This document shows, one piece after another, positions 1 to 10,084 of a stretch of DNA of 64,000 nt (the stretch's first letter is position 1; each line of letters opens with the position of its first letter). The translations under genes were made by a program, and so were the position numbers. The stretch lies in IMG/VR virus record IMGVR_UViG_3300009146_000001, positions 12,046-76,045 of that record; one strand, given 5' to 3'. The DNA is from a virus. Below the pieces are notes generated by a model. The model saw only the letters and a program-made list of their open reading frames with translations, did no database searches and was not told the DNA's origin.

Positions 1-749
1 GCCTCGATTGAAATCTCGTGCTGCGCGATGTCGAAGAACTGGACGTCCACCCGCTTGTTGGCCGTATCAATCGCGACGATGCCGGTGCGGGTTGGGCTGC
101 TCCTGACTCCGAGCCTGCCATCGAAGTAGAAGAAGGCTTCCAGCGGCACCGTGACCTCTGGAGGGAACGTGCCTATGACCTCGTACTCCAAGGGGATGAC
201 CTCCCCGTATTTGGCGGAGACGACCGACTTCCATTGGATGCGCCAGTCGCATGTCGACGGACCGGGCGGCGGAGGGGGATCCGGCGGAGGATCGGTCGGC
301 GGATCCGGGGGATCAACCGGGGGCTCCTCTTCGCTGGGCAGATCCGGCGGAGTATCCGAGAGACAATATTCCACCCCGAGCATCCATGCATTCCCAAGCT
401 GGGTCCAAGTCCTTGGGTAACCGGAGTCGCGCCACGCGGCCTCAAGCTGATCGGAATCGCAGTTGTAGTCCTGAAGCCTGCCCGCGCTGAGCCCGCCAGC
501 GGTCGATGCGTTGTAATCGAAATTCGTTGGGGTCCAGAACGGACCCTTCTTCGAGACGACGTACTTCTTGGGAACGGCATCATCAAACCCCTGCTCGGCC
601 TTCGCAGCGCGCTTGGCGAGAGCGGCATGGGCGCAGTCGAGTTCCGCCTGCGACAACACCTCCTGCGGGTTGACCGAGTTGCTCAGAAAGAACCAACATC
701 CGATGTCGGCTGATTCCGAATATCCGGGTGGGCAGGGCTCTTCAGGCAT
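1..749 (-). CDS. Partial virion/tail-associated protein, Cys- and Pro-rich (MPEEPCPPGYSESADIGCWFF...DPPDPPTDPPPDPPPPPGP...); runs off the left edge
   Basis: Translated manually. ATG at 749 overlaps the TGA of ORF 742-1143 and the frame stays open to position 1. Absent from the ORF track because it has no stop in the window. Confidence 0.7.
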   Translation of the reverse strand, partial: MPEEPCPPGYSESADIGCWFFLSNSVNPQEVLSQAELDCAHAALAKRAAKAEQGFDDAVPKKYVVSKKGPFWTPTNFDYNASTAGGLSAGRLQDYNCDSDQLEAAWRDSGYPRTWTQLGNAWMLGVEYCLSDTPPDLPSEEEPPVDPPDPPTDPPPDPPPPPGPSTCDWRIQWKSVVSAKYGEVIPLEYEVIGTFPPEVTVPLEAFFYFDGRLGVRSSPTRTGIVAIDTANKRVDVQFFDIAQHEISIE

Positions 750-1143
750 TGGAGTCGAAGATGACTACGCCGTCCCGGAACCAGCGGACACGGGTGGGCT
801 CGTTGTTCTCTCCGCCCTTCTTCCGCCACGCCAAGGTCACCGCCCCGGACGGGGCAGCGCCGACCGTCTCGATCCAGACCGACTCCGGAGGCGTGCATAC
901 CGCAGGCACGGTGCCGATGGCCTCGTCGAGCTTGTCGTGAAGATCCTGATTAACGAAGGCGTCGTTCGCCACCGCCTGCCACCCGAACCGGCGGAACCCG
1001 CCGAGTCGACGCATGCGGCCGGAGATATCCGCGATGGCGTTGGCCACCAATGCCCACTTCTGGCGGCCCAAGGATCCCGCCGGAGAGCGGGTATCCATCA
1101 GGTTGGCTAAGGTAGGTTGGTCGGTGCGCTTGTCGCATGCCAT
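742..1143 (-). CDS. Virion protein; possibly the N-terminal part of a tail-tube/P22 gp10-like protein
   Basis: 133-aa ORF in the structural operon; LMDTRS...N...GRMRRLGGFRRF resembles tail-tube/nozzle N-termini (recognised by eye). Confidence 0.5.
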   Translation of the reverse strand: MACDKRTDQPTLANLMDTRSPAGSLGRQKWALVANAIADISGRMRRLGGFRRFGWQAVANDAFVNQDLHDKLDEAIGTVPAVCTPPESVWIETVGAAPSGAVTLAWRKKGGENNEPTRVRWFRDGVVIFDSNA

Positions 1144-1160
1144 TCTCTTGGATCTCCCCT

Positions 1161-1898
1161 TTAGGACATCCGGCCGGTCCGGTAGGCTACGATCACAACG
1201 AAGTAAGGCGGCATGTTGGAGTGAGGCTTTCCACCTCCAACGGGATCCGTTTCTCCACCAATGACGTTATTCTTGTGAGTATCGTCATCTATGTTGGGAA
1301 CAAGCGGAAACGGGGAGTTCTCCAAGGCTGCATTGCCACCACCAGCAACCCGGCTATGAGCCCATCGCGTCATGACTTCATCGCCAAGCTCATGGGCATG
1401 CTCCGGCAACTCCTCAACGGAGAGGGTGATCTCCTTGTCCCCACCGGGCGGGGCAATACCCGTGAGGCCGGATGGGCTGTCTTCCTCCAGACCAAAGTCC
1501 GCCGCCAAGAGGAACCGGCCGGAAACATCTGGGCCGCCCTGCGCGTTCTCGGCGTTGGCGATCACCCAGAATGGCCGCACCGATGCGTGTACCGCAGGGT
1601 CACGGCTGTCGTAGCTGTCGATCTCCTCCTCGGTGAGCCAGATCGTTTCGATGGTCCGCGTGGCCTCCGCGAGGGACGTCCCCTCGGGGACGTGGAAGCT
1701 GGCGAGGAATCCCTGAGGGAAAGTGATGGCCCCAATCTCGCGGGCATGAACGATGGTGGGTAGACCCTCCTCGCCATAGAGGCTCTCGACCAGCATCGTG
1801 AGCTTCTCCACCGACTCAAGCAATGCCGACATGACGTCGCACGGCTCCATGGCCCCGCTGATCTTCGGGATGTCGTCGCCGGTTACTCCACTGGGCAT
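1161..1898 (-). CDS. Tail fibre/collar (baseplate Gp10-C-like) protein
   Basis: GRFLLA...GGDKEITLSVEELPEHAH...GGGKPHSNMPPYFVV is the typical collar/short-fibre C-terminal motif. Confidence 0.75.
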   Translation of the reverse strand: MPSGVTGDDIPKISGAMEPCDVMSALLESVEKLTMLVESLYGEEGLPTIVHAREIGAITFPQGFLASFHVPEGTSLAEATRTIETIWLTEEEIDSYDSRDPAVHASVRPFWVIANAENAQGGPDVSGRFLLAADFGLEEDSPSGLTGIAPPGGDKEITLSVEELPEHAHELGDEVMTRWAHSRVAGGGNAALENSPFPLVPNIDDDTHKNNVIGGETDPVGGGKPHSNMPPYFVVIVAYRTGRMS

Positions 1899-1899
1899 A

Positions 1900-2103
1900 T
1901 CACTCCTTGGTCTTCCGGACTACGTAGTCGTTCCACCACCTCCGGAACTCCTCATTGTACTTGCGGATGTTCTCAGCCTGCTGCCGGAAAGCCGACTCGA
2001 ACCTCGGGTCGATCTCGATGGTCGGCGGGATCACGGAATCCTCCGCACGAGGAAGGTCCGGCCTACCCCTGATCCTGCTCGCCTGTAATTCGGCCGGTGT
2101 CAT
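1900..2103 (-). CDS. Small hypothetical virion protein
   Basis: 67-aa ORF abutting or overlapping both neighbours. Confidence 0.6.
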   Translation of the reverse strand: MTPAELQASRIRGRPDLPRAEDSVIPPTIEIDPRFESAFRQQAENIRKYNEEFRRWWNDYVVRKTKE

Positions 2104-3314
2104 GGAGGAGTCACGGCCGCCAAATACATTGCTATCCTCTGGGTCAGAAGAATAACCCCGCTGTCGCTATGATAATCAACCGGGATGGCGTAGTAAGTAT
2201 CCGAAACCAAAGTAGGCTGGCCCGACGTAATATATCTGACCCACCTCGTGGAATCGTTCCAGTCCTGTAGATAAACCAATGACCCGGTTGGAATCTTATT
2301 AAGGACTTTGGTGTTGTCTGATCCGCCATTGCCCAGCTTGTGAACCAGCAGGGCCTTGGCCAGCGTGCCGTCGGCGTTGTCCCTGCGAATCTGGCCAGAG
2401 GCAGGCGGCGGTGGGTTGGGGTTGAAGTTGTAATCCAGAAATATCCCCTCCGCGCTGCCGACGTCCTCAGGCCACGCCGCGATCCTCACCCCGCCAAGGG
2501 TGATTCCTCCTGTCACAGTCAGTTCGTTTACTTCCATATCTTCCACGGGTTCGGTTGGGGGCGGCTCTACTGGTGGCGGTTCTGTCGGTGGCGGCACAGG
2601 CGTGGTCGGCACCGGCATGCACCAGCCCTGACTGAGGATCTCGGCAATGTAGGTGGGCAGGGGTGAGGGGTTCCGGATCTGGAAGTCCTCGGTCTTGAGC
2701 TTGGCCGCCTCGTCGACGAAGTCCTGCTTCGCAATGCCGATCCGGTTCTGGTCGCAGTTATCGTCCACCGCCGACTTCCAGAGGACGTAAAGCCGCAGGG
2801 CCTCAATCGCGGACTCGCCCCACCAGACGTCATTCGTCTCGCCCCAGTCCCGGACGATCCCGTTCCACCGGATCCCGATCTGCCACGGCGGCGGCACCCA
2901 CGGGTAGATCATGATGTCGCCCCGGTCCCGCGCCCAGACGACGTGCGCCTGCGGGTAGCACGGCAGCACCTTGGTGGCGTCACCGCAGAGGTTGACACGC
3001 GCCCAGTCGGCCTGCCTCTGCTGCACCTTCGGGTACGGCTCGAAGACGCAGAAGGTCGTCATGCAGTTCAGATTGCCCACCGCGACCTGCTCGATAAATC
3101 CCTGAGGGGCCGAGACGAGGGTTGCCCCCGAGACCATATATTCTGCCGTGGCGTTGAAGATCGTGGTGTTGGCGACGCGGAATCCCTCCACCCGCCGCTG
3201 CACCTCCGTGAGCCCATGCCGGACATGGTGCTCCTTCAGGGCCAGCATCGAGTGCCCGAACTTCTTCGGGAACGCCAGCGAGAGTACCCTGTCGACGATC
3301 TCGGAAACGGTCAT
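2100..3314 (-). CDS. Head-tail adaptor-like protein with a Pro linker and extra C-terminal domain
   Basis: Follows the capsid gene; MTVSEIVDRV...IMIYPWVP...EALRLYVLWK pattern typical of podovirus adaptors; PPPTEPPP linker. Confidence 0.55.
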   Translation of the reverse strand: MTVSEIVDRVLSLAFPKKFGHSMLALKEHHVRHGLTEVQRRVEGFRVANTTIFNATAEYMVSGATLVSAPQGFIEQVAVGNLNCMTTFCVFEPYPKVQQRQADWARVNLCGDATKVLPCYPQAHVVWARDRGDIMIYPWVPPPWQIGIRWNGIVRDWGETNDVWWGESAIEALRLYVLWKSAVDDNCDQNRIGIAKQDFVDEAAKLKTEDFQIRNPSPLPTYIAEILSQGWCMPVPTTPVPPPTEPPPVEPPPTEPVEDMEVNELTVTGGITLGGVRIAAWPEDVGSAEGIFLDYNFNPNPPPPASGQIRRDNADGTLAKALLVHKLGNGGSDNTKVLNKIPTGSLVYLQDWNDSTRWVRYITSGQPTLVSDTYYAIPVDYHSDSGVILLTQRIAMYLAAVTPP

Positions 3315-3790
3315 GGAGGAACGTGCCCAATGGAACGCTTCGACTTCACCACCCCGGAAGGAAGGACTCCCTTCGTGCGTGCAGAGACCACGGTCTTACG
3401 CTTGGCGGGAGAACGCTTAGGTTCTTCTGCCGCAACAGGAACGGGTGGCCTTGACGATCCGGGAGAGGATGGACTGTGTGGTCGGGTCTTTGGCCCCGGC
3501 GGGTCGTGCAGTGGATCGGTCCGCGTGTTGGCGCTGGGGAAGGTTGTCTTGGTTTTTTGAGGCGAATGGAACGCCGTGTTTTTTTTTGAATGAACCTCGT
3601 ACTCCTTCTTATCGAGCACGGACACGGGCGCTCCCGGCTTTTTGGTCCACCCATCCAAGACCTCGATCTCCTCCTCCTTGTTCGTCGCATACATCCCCAC
3701 CGATGTCCGGGCGATCCTCTCCCACTCGATGGGCTTCCCCCCAACCTCAATGGTCGGGAAGAAGATGTTCCGCTTGAGGTAGTACTTCAT
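3311..3790 (-). CDS. Hypothetical protein downstream of capsid (MKYYLKRNIFF...)
   Basis: ATG at 3790 follows the capsid terminator; ATGA-coupled to the next gene. Confidence 0.65.
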   Translation of the reverse strand: MKYYLKRNIFFPTIEVGGKPIEWERIARTSVGMYATNKEEEIEVLDGWTKKPGAPVSVLDKKEYEVHSKKNTAFHSPQKTKTTFPSANTRTDPLHDPPGPKTRPHSPSSPGSSRPPVPVAAEEPKRSPAKRKTVVSARTKGVLPSGVVKSKRSIGHVPP

Positions 3791-3805
3791 CACGGGTCTC
3801 CTAAC

Positions 3806-3839
3806 AAAACGGGGCGTAACCGACAAGGTCACGCCCCGT
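3806..3839 (-). terminator. Intrinsic terminator after the major capsid gene
   Basis: ACGGGGCGT/ACGCCCCGT stem followed by TTTTGTT on the minus strand. Confidence 0.7.
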
Positions 3840-3887
3840 CCCATGGAACCATCCCGCACCTGTCCAGAGAACGGAGCGGGCCTTGTT

Positions 3888-5645
3888 TTACGGAACCGCC
3901 GGATCGCAGTCGATGTTGTCGTCGTAAGGAATGCGTCCCATACCAAAGAAGGTCTGAGGACCGACCACCGGCTCAAGATAGGGAATATTCCAGATCATGA
4001 GCGAGCCGCCGGGGCACTCGACCACGTTCGTAAACGTCGTCGAAGTATGGCGATAGGTGGTCTGCTTGGTCTTCATGATGCAGAGCAGCTCCGCCGAGAC
4101 CCGCGCCATCTCCTGCACGTCGCCGGTCTTATTCGTGACCGAGTTCGAGGAGATAATCGCCTGATAGATCGTGGACCAGTCGATCATCCAGATGATATTG
4201 CCCTGCTGGGTGATCGCCGCATCGGCCTGCCGGTGCGCGTCCGCCCAGTCGTCGAAGAAGGGGTGGGTCATCACCCGGAGGATGACACCCGCCGGGAAAT
4301 CGAGGACGAAATCGCGGAAGTAGAACCCGAAGGGGCCTTGCTTCTGGGCACCCAAGTCCCAGTTCATCGCCAGCGTGTCGGCGGTCTGGGCCTTGTAATA
4401 CTTGATCATCGCCAACTGGAACAGCCGGGCGAAGGTCGTGTTCATGCAGACTTCGAAGACGTTGGACTCAACGCCGTTCTCCGACCGCACGCGCTGCATC
4501 GCGTAGATCTCCTCGAAGAGGTCGGTGAGGTCGAAGGCGGCGTCGTTGTTCGTGCCGCCCCAGTCGCGCACCCGATTGCACTCGTTGAGCTGGGAAACGA
4601 CACCCACCGGGTTGGCCTTGCGGCCGATGCAGGTGTCCTGACCAATCGTGTGCGGCCCGAGGAAGGTGCCGTAGTCCAAGGTGATCATGGGCAACTCGTC
4701 CCACTCGTCCTTGTTCTGCTTGTCCGAGAACGCCTTGCCGTAGAAGAACTGCTCCACCATCCGGCGCTGGAAGTCCTCGGTCACCTGCCGGGTGTACTCA
4801 ACGTCCGGGACGTGAATGTGCTGCCGGTAGAGCTTGTTGTCCTTGAGTACCCGCTGGATGAAATCGTTCTGGACCTCGGAGTCGCAGACCGAATACCGGG
4901 TCGTGCCCACCCAGAAGTACGCCTCCTGATTGGTGTTCAGAGCCGGGAGGATCGGGCAGTAGCTCTCGTAGTCCGAGACGTTGGGAACGCCACGGGTGAG
5001 GACGGTCTTCACATTGACCGCGCCCACGCCAGAGCTTGGAGCGGTATCCTCGGGGGACATCTCCACCCAGATCTTCAGGTCGGTCCCGACAATCTGGGCA
5101 TCGCGCACCACGCCCGCCGCGATCACGGTCTTCTTGTTGTCGGCCCGGCCGGAGAAGAACACCTGAATCCCCGGAGGGAACCACTGGACATTTGCCGGGA
5201 TGGAATCCGAGAGGGACTCGACAACATAAATATGCTGATCCTTCGCGGGAGGAGTGCCGGTGAGGACGCCGCCATATGTTGCAGTCCACCACTGGTTGTT
5301 GATCGGCCCCTTGCGGGACATCTTCACGAACGGCTCATATTCAAGGGAGCCATCCATGCGTTTGCGGTTGCCTTGAAACCCACGGCTCCACTGGCGGCGG
5401 GTAGCGGAAATGAAATCGTACAGCCCGTTGGATTTGGGCAGGCATGACTTGCCAACGAAGTCGGCCTCGGCGAGAGCCGAGTCCACACGGGGCATGCCGT
5501 TGTCGAGGTAGATCGTATCCCACTCGTCGGGCATGATCGGTTTGACACTGCAAACCGAGATGCCGCCGCAGCGGTCGAAATCTTCAACGACGTGTGGGCA
5601 GCATTTCTTCCATGCGGTTTCTGGGATTGAGACTGTTAAGGCCAT
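3888..5645 (-). CDS. Major capsid protein (585 aa)
   Basis: Order portal-small-scaffold-this gene-terminator; strongly GC3-biased codons; MVEQFFYGK and TTFTNVVECP resemble HK97-fold capsid elements. Confidence 0.75.
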   Translation of the reverse strand: MALTVSIPETAWKKCCPHVVEDFDRCGGISVCSVKPIMPDEWDTIYLDNGMPRVDSALAEADFVGKSCLPKSNGLYDFISATRRQWSRGFQGNRKRMDGSLEYEPFVKMSRKGPINNQWWTATYGGVLTGTPPAKDQHIYVVESLSDSIPANVQWFPPGIQVFFSGRADNKKTVIAAGVVRDAQIVGTDLKIWVEMSPEDTAPSSGVGAVNVKTVLTRGVPNVSDYESYCPILPALNTNQEAYFWVGTTRYSVCDSEVQNDFIQRVLKDNKLYRQHIHVPDVEYTRQVTEDFQRRMVEQFFYGKAFSDKQNKDEWDELPMITLDYGTFLGPHTIGQDTCIGRKANPVGVVSQLNECNRVRDWGGTNNDAAFDLTDLFEEIYAMQRVRSENGVESNVFEVCMNTTFARLFQLAMIKYYKAQTADTLAMNWDLGAQKQGPFGFYFRDFVLDFPAGVILRVMTHPFFDDWADAHRQADAAITQQGNIIWMIDWSTIYQAIISSNSVTNKTGDVQEMARVSAELLCIMKTKQTTYRHTSTTFTNVVECPGGSLMIWNIPYLEPVVGPQTFFGMGRIPYDDNIDCDPAVP

Positions 5646-5660
5646 GGTCAGGTTCGAGAT

Positions 5661-7226
5661 TTACTTCGGAACCTTAACCATCCCGATACTACGCATCAAC
5701 GCACCTATCCCATGCTGTGCCGGATTGGACCGCACCTGTTCCCCATATCCGACGTGACCTCGGCCTGAATCCCCACCGCCCGGTCCTACAACACTGGACG
5801 AGAACGGGTTAGAAGAACCATTCTCCTCTGGCTGAGGTGTGGGTTTCCGCACAGATACCGAGACCGTTCCCCCATTGCGGGACGAATACTTATCAAGCTG
5901 CGATTTTCTTTTTTCCCACTTCTTCACCGCAGTCTGCCGCGCCTCCTCGGCAATCCATGCCACCACCTCGTCGTGATTGATTGCCCAGAATCCCTGCTGC
6001 TCCTCGGGCTTCATCGCCACGAACTTCTCCAGCGGTACGAACCGCTTGCCGTCCCGGATCCGCTCATCCGCCGGGCGCGACTGGATGAATCGTTCGAGAC
6101 GTTCAAGGCTTTCCACCAAGGTGGCGTGGATCGGTTCCTTGGGGTTATAGGGAACGATCCGGTTGGCGATAAGCTGGTAGGTTCCGATCAGATCCGCAGC
6201 CGGTGTCGCCACCTCGTTGGCGATCTCCGCCTCCATCTCGAAATCCTCGGCGGTTTTCCGTAGGCTCTCCTTGTCCATCTTGAGGTCAGTGCCCTCGGGG
6301 AGAACGGCTTCGAACACGGTCTTGAGAAGGGATATCTCATCCTTCTCAATGGCGGGCAGGACGGTCGCCACCCGCGCCTCAACCTCCTTGCGCTCAAGCT
6401 GATCCCGGAGCGGCTTGACGTGCTCCTCGGCGACCCGCTTGGCCTCGGCTGAGAACTTGGCCTTCTGGACTTCCTCCTCGGCCTCGTCCACGTCGTCGAG
6501 GTCGATGTCCGGGAAGTTCTTGTTGTAGAATTCCGCGTGGTCCTCGTCATCGGCATCGAACTTCTCGCCCGGATTCTCCTCCTCCCACTTCGAAACGTAC
6601 TCCCGATGCTTCTGGTCGAAGGCGACGAGCCGCTCCTTGATGTCCCCGTACTGGTCCGGCTTGGCGACCGAGAGGTAATCGAAAACCTGTGCGTTCTGCC
6701 GGTACTCCTCGGGGTACTCCTTGGTGGATGACTTCTTGGCCGCATCCTTCTTCTCGGGCGCGGGCTGGCTTGACCGGATCGCCTTCACCGCCGCAGCCGA
6801 CGCCACCTCCGCCACCTGCTCCACCGACATTCCCTGCTTGGGCTCCAGCTTCTCCTCGGGCGCGGGCTCCTCCTTCTTGCCCTCCTCCCGCTTCTTGGGT
6901 TTGACCTTGAGGACCGCCTCGGCCGTGCGGTCGTCCGCCACCTTGCCGTCTTCAACCTTCTTGGCCGCAGCCGCATCCCCACCCTCCGCACTCTCCTCCT
7001 TCTTGGGCTTGGCCGCAGGCGCTTCCTTCTTGCCGAGAAGCCGACCGATGAAGGGAACCGCCTCCGACATGCCCTGCCGCACCGCACCAAGATCACCATC
7101 CGCCTTCGGCTCTGGCCTCGGCTTGGGCTCGTCCGGGATCTCGATATTGATGACCTTCGGAGCCTCTGCCCCCTTCAGTTCAACCTTCGTTTCCTCCACC
7201 GTCGTCGTCTTTTTGTCGGAAGCCAT
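5661..7226 (-). CDS. Capsid scaffolding protein
   Basis: 521 aa, highly charged (E/K/A), helical and low-complexity, directly upstream of the capsid gene. Confidence 0.7.
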   Translation of the reverse strand: MASDKKTTTVEETKVELKGAEAPKVINIEIPDEPKPRPEPKADGDLGAVRQGMSEAVPFIGRLLGKKEAPAAKPKKEESAEGGDAAAAKKVEDGKVADDRTAEAVLKVKPKKREEGKKEEPAPEEKLEPKQGMSVEQVAEVASAAAVKAIRSSQPAPEKKDAAKKSSTKEYPEEYRQNAQVFDYLSVAKPDQYGDIKERLVAFDQKHREYVSKWEEENPGEKFDADDEDHAEFYNKNFPDIDLDDVDEAEEEVQKAKFSAEAKRVAEEHVKPLRDQLERKEVEARVATVLPAIEKDEISLLKTVFEAVLPEGTDLKMDKESLRKTAEDFEMEAEIANEVATPAADLIGTYQLIANRIVPYNPKEPIHATLVESLERLERFIQSRPADERIRDGKRFVPLEKFVAMKPEEQQGFWAINHDEVVAWIAEEARQTAVKKWEKRKSQLDKYSSRNGGTVSVSVRKPTPQPEENGSSNPFSSSVVGPGGGDSGRGHVGYGEQVRSNPAQHGIGALMRSIGMVKVPK

Positions 7227-7257
7227 ATTATGGATTTGGGACCACGGTCAGAATTAA

Positions 7258-7554
7258 TCAAGCTGAAGTGCGGATAACCACACTCACAATGCTCGTATGT
7301 TGGAGCATTCTTTTCCCGGAGGCGTACTCCCGCATAACCTCGGCGGCGGTCCGGACTTTCTCGGAATCCCTGAGGAGACGCTTGATCTCGGACTCGTCGA
7401 GAGTCTCGGCCCGCATGCACCCGGCCTTGGCGGCCAGCCCATCCGCCTCCGAGTGCATCGCCTCGATCATGGCGTAGAACGGTGCCGAGCCGAAGAAGTC
7501 GTCTAACTCCCTCCGGACCGGGAGGGCCAAGTCTTTGCGGATGAGGTCGATCAT
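7258..7554 (-). CDS. Small protein between portal and scaffold
   Basis: 98-aa ORF overlapping the portal stop (ATGA); common podovirus arrangement. Confidence 0.65.
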   Translation of the reverse strand: MIDLIRKDLALPVRRELDDFFGSAPFYAMIEAMHSEADGLAAKAGCMRAETLDESEIKRLLRDSEKVRTAAEVMREYASGKRMLQHTSIVSVVIRTSA

Positions 7555-10052
7555 GCGCCCCCCATCGGGATCGGAGGCATCGGCATCTGGGGCAGCGCGG
7601 CGATGCGGCCCATGATCATCTCGATGGCCTGCATGAGCTGCTGGATCTGCTGGGTGTTGCCCTCGCCAGCCTGCTGAACCTGCTGGATCATCTCCTGTAG
7701 GGGCTCAATGACTTGCGTCTTGATGGTCTCGCCGAAGGCACCCATCTGCTGCTCCTGCATCTGGGCAACCATCTCCTGCACCCGCGCCATGATGTCGTCG
7801 GGTGAGGGGCCAGCCTGCTGCTGGGGAGGAGCGCCCTGAGGACCGGCCGGGGCACCACCGCCCCCGCCACCACCCGCTGCTGCGGCTGCGGCTGCCATCT
7901 CCGGGGGAACGCCACCGGCCGCCGCTGCCTCCTGAAGCTGCTGACGCTCCTTCGAAGGGGGCCTGATCTTCACGTTCTTCGGCAGGCCGGAGAACTGGGC
8001 AATCGTGTTGAAGGCGTCGACGATGCCCTCCGTGCCCATCGCATCCACCACCTGCGGCACCGAGAAGACCGTCTGCGCGAACTGCATGAGGCCCATCGCG
8101 AGCTGGGCATCGTCACCCCGGCGAACCCCTTCCCGGTCGGAAGCGAACGCCGAAACCGTGAGGGCCGACTTCGGGCCGATCACCCCGTAGGTCTTGCCGT
8201 CGCCCTCCTCGATCTCGAAGCCCATGTTGTCGAGAGCCTCCTTCGAAGCCCCATCGAGGTCAGCCACCTGCGCCATCACGAGGTCGTCGCCATAGGCCAT
8301 GAACCCGGCGTAGATCTGTTCCTTCCAAGCCTGTATCGAGCTGTCGATGAAGGAGTCGGTCAGGGCCACCCGCTTGCTGGTGTAGGTCTGGTTGACCTTG
8401 ATCTCCTCCGCCGTCTGGACGTGGCGGGCGGTGCTGCCGGTCTCCTGTGCGGTGAACCCGAGGATCCGCTCGACCATATCGAGGGTCGTGCTGATCCCCT
8501 GCATGATGTCGCTGATGTTCCCGTAGGCGAAGGCGACCGGGCGGAAAAGGTTCTGCGGCTCCCCGGCCGTCGGCTCGTAGCTCATGTCCCGGAAGGAAAT
8601 CGGGACGAAGTTCAAATCCGTATAAAGCTCCTTGCCCATCCGGTTCAGGCGCTCGATCACATCCGGCCCGACCGCGTCCTTGTTGTACCAGATGATGTTG
8701 ACGAGGTTCCGGCGGATCGTGAGGAGGAACTGGCTGAAGAGATTACTGAGCTGGTCTTGGTACGGAATGATGTCCGTGACCATCGAGCTGATGCGCCATA
8801 AGTTCTGGTCCGCATCGTAGGGGCAGGCCCGCACCGGCGTGTAGCAGAACGGCTCAACGAGGAGCGGCGTCCGGTCGTTGATCATGTGGAAGCAGAACCA
8901 GATCTGGGCGTCGTAATCGAAGAGGTCGAACTGCTTGGGGTTGATCTTCTGGTAGAGCTTCGCGACCACCGTGCCCTGATCGTGCTTGGTGTAGGTGTAA
9001 CGGTACGCCTCCTGCGACCGATCCACCTCCGACCGCTGCGAGTTCGAATCCCAGAGGGCATCCGGCATCGCTATCGTGCACGGGTACATGGTCGAATAAA
9101 GATCCCATGCCGAGTGCTCGATCCACGACAGCGAGCCCACCGCCTTCCCCGACTCCTTCTCCTCTTTCGTGAACCAGTACCGCTTGTTCGTCAGGATGTC
9201 CCCGTAGCGGTAGATATCCCAGTAACCGGCGTACTGGACCCCGGTGTCGGTGTTAACGCTGAGAACCCGGTGAGCGAGGTCGATGAAGGCCCGAGATGGA
9301 TGCGGGATGTCGTTTCGGATTCCCTCGCGAACCACCACGGGATCGAGGGTCTTCTCCCCCTTGTCGTTCTGAATCTGCCTGAGCTGGACGTCTCGATAGT
9401 ATGGCTCCTTGGCGAAAACAAGGGCCGTTCCATACTTGAGCATCGTAAGGATTTCCTGCCGGAAGTCAGCCCGGTATCCCATGTCCTGAGTCATCCGCTC
9501 CCCCCGCCAAGTGATGATCTGGGTGCGGAGGTGGTTCTCCCGCGAAGGCACCTGCGCCTCGTATTTGAGGAAGGGTGACTGGTCCCGCTGCTCCACCAAG
9601 GTTGCCCAGCGGATCTTCACGTACTGCGGACAGATCGGGACGTCGACGTTGAAGAAGGTCGGTAACTCCAGCTTCATCATCGGGCGGCCCGCCGAGTCCG
9701 TCATCGGCTGGCGGGTGATCGGATCCATCGCCGGGGTGAGCATCGAGGTGAGGCCCCAGTCCTTCACCACCGACATGAGGTTCGGCTGCTCGCGGCCACC
9801 GTTGGAGATGAGCCCCTTGGCCAAGGTCGTCGACACCTGCTGCTGCGAGACGTCGCAGGCTTGATCAATGCACCAGTACCACCGGGCGTTCCGTAGATTC
9901 CGATTAACCCCTTCCCGGACTCTGGACGAGGTGAGGTCGATCAACTCCTTGATCTTGGGATCCCACGCCGCCTCGCCGCCGTCTGGCTGGAACTTCTTTC
10001 TTAGCTTCTCGGGGTCATAGCCAGATGCCGCCAGAACCTTCGGGTCAATCAT
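7551..10052 (-). CDS. Portal protein (P22 gp1-like)
   Basis: About 833 aa; LKYGTA motif, HVQTAEEI motif, Q/A/P/G-rich C-terminal tail. Confidence 0.85.
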   Translation of the reverse strand: MIDPKVLAASGYDPEKLRKKFQPDGGEAAWDPKIKELIDLTSSRVREGVNRNLRNARWYWCIDQACDVSQQQVSTTLAKGLISNGGREQPNLMSVVKDWGLTSMLTPAMDPITRQPMTDSAGRPMMKLELPTFFNVDVPICPQYVKIRWATLVEQRDQSPFLKYEAQVPSRENHLRTQIITWRGERMTQDMGYRADFRQEILTMLKYGTALVFAKEPYYRDVQLRQIQNDKGEKTLDPVVVREGIRNDIPHPSRAFIDLAHRVLSVNTDTGVQYAGYWDIYRYGDILTNKRYWFTKEEKESGKAVGSLSWIEHSAWDLYSTMYPCTIAMPDALWDSNSQRSEVDRSQEAYRYTYTKHDQGTVVAKLYQKINPKQFDLFDYDAQIWFCFHMINDRTPLLVEPFCYTPVRACPYDADQNLWRISSMVTDIIPYQDQLSNLFSQFLLTIRRNLVNIIWYNKDAVGPDVIERLNRMGKELYTDLNFVPISFRDMSYEPTAGEPQNLFRPVAFAYGNISDIMQGISTTLDMVERILGFTAQETGSTARHVQTAEEIKVNQTYTSKRVALTDSFIDSSIQAWKEQIYAGFMAYGDDLVMAQVADLDGASKEALDNMGFEIEEGDGKTYGVIGPKSALTVSAFASDREGVRRGDDAQLAMGLMQFAQTVFSVPQVVDAMGTEGIVDAFNTIAQFSGLPKNVKIRPPSKERQQLQEAAAAGGVPPEMAAAAAAAGGGGGGGAPAGPQGAPPQQQAGPSPDDIMARVQEMVAQMQEQQMGAFGETIKTQVIEPLQEMIQQVQQAGEGNTQQIQQLMQAIEMIMGRIAALPQMPMPPIPMGGA

Positions 10053-10084
10053 GGACACATAGAATCAGCGACTGCGCAGGATCT

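Noticed and set aside
3579-3587. A9 run (minus strand) as a programmed frameshift site
   Set aside because: The alternative frame I examined gives no convincing protein and the zero frame couples normally to the next gene.
3843-5447. Long antisense ORFs (e.g. 534 aa opposite the capsid, 514 aa at 48972-50516, 399 aa at 61909-63108)
   Set aside because: Shadow frames caused by GC3 bias; no motifs and low-information composition.
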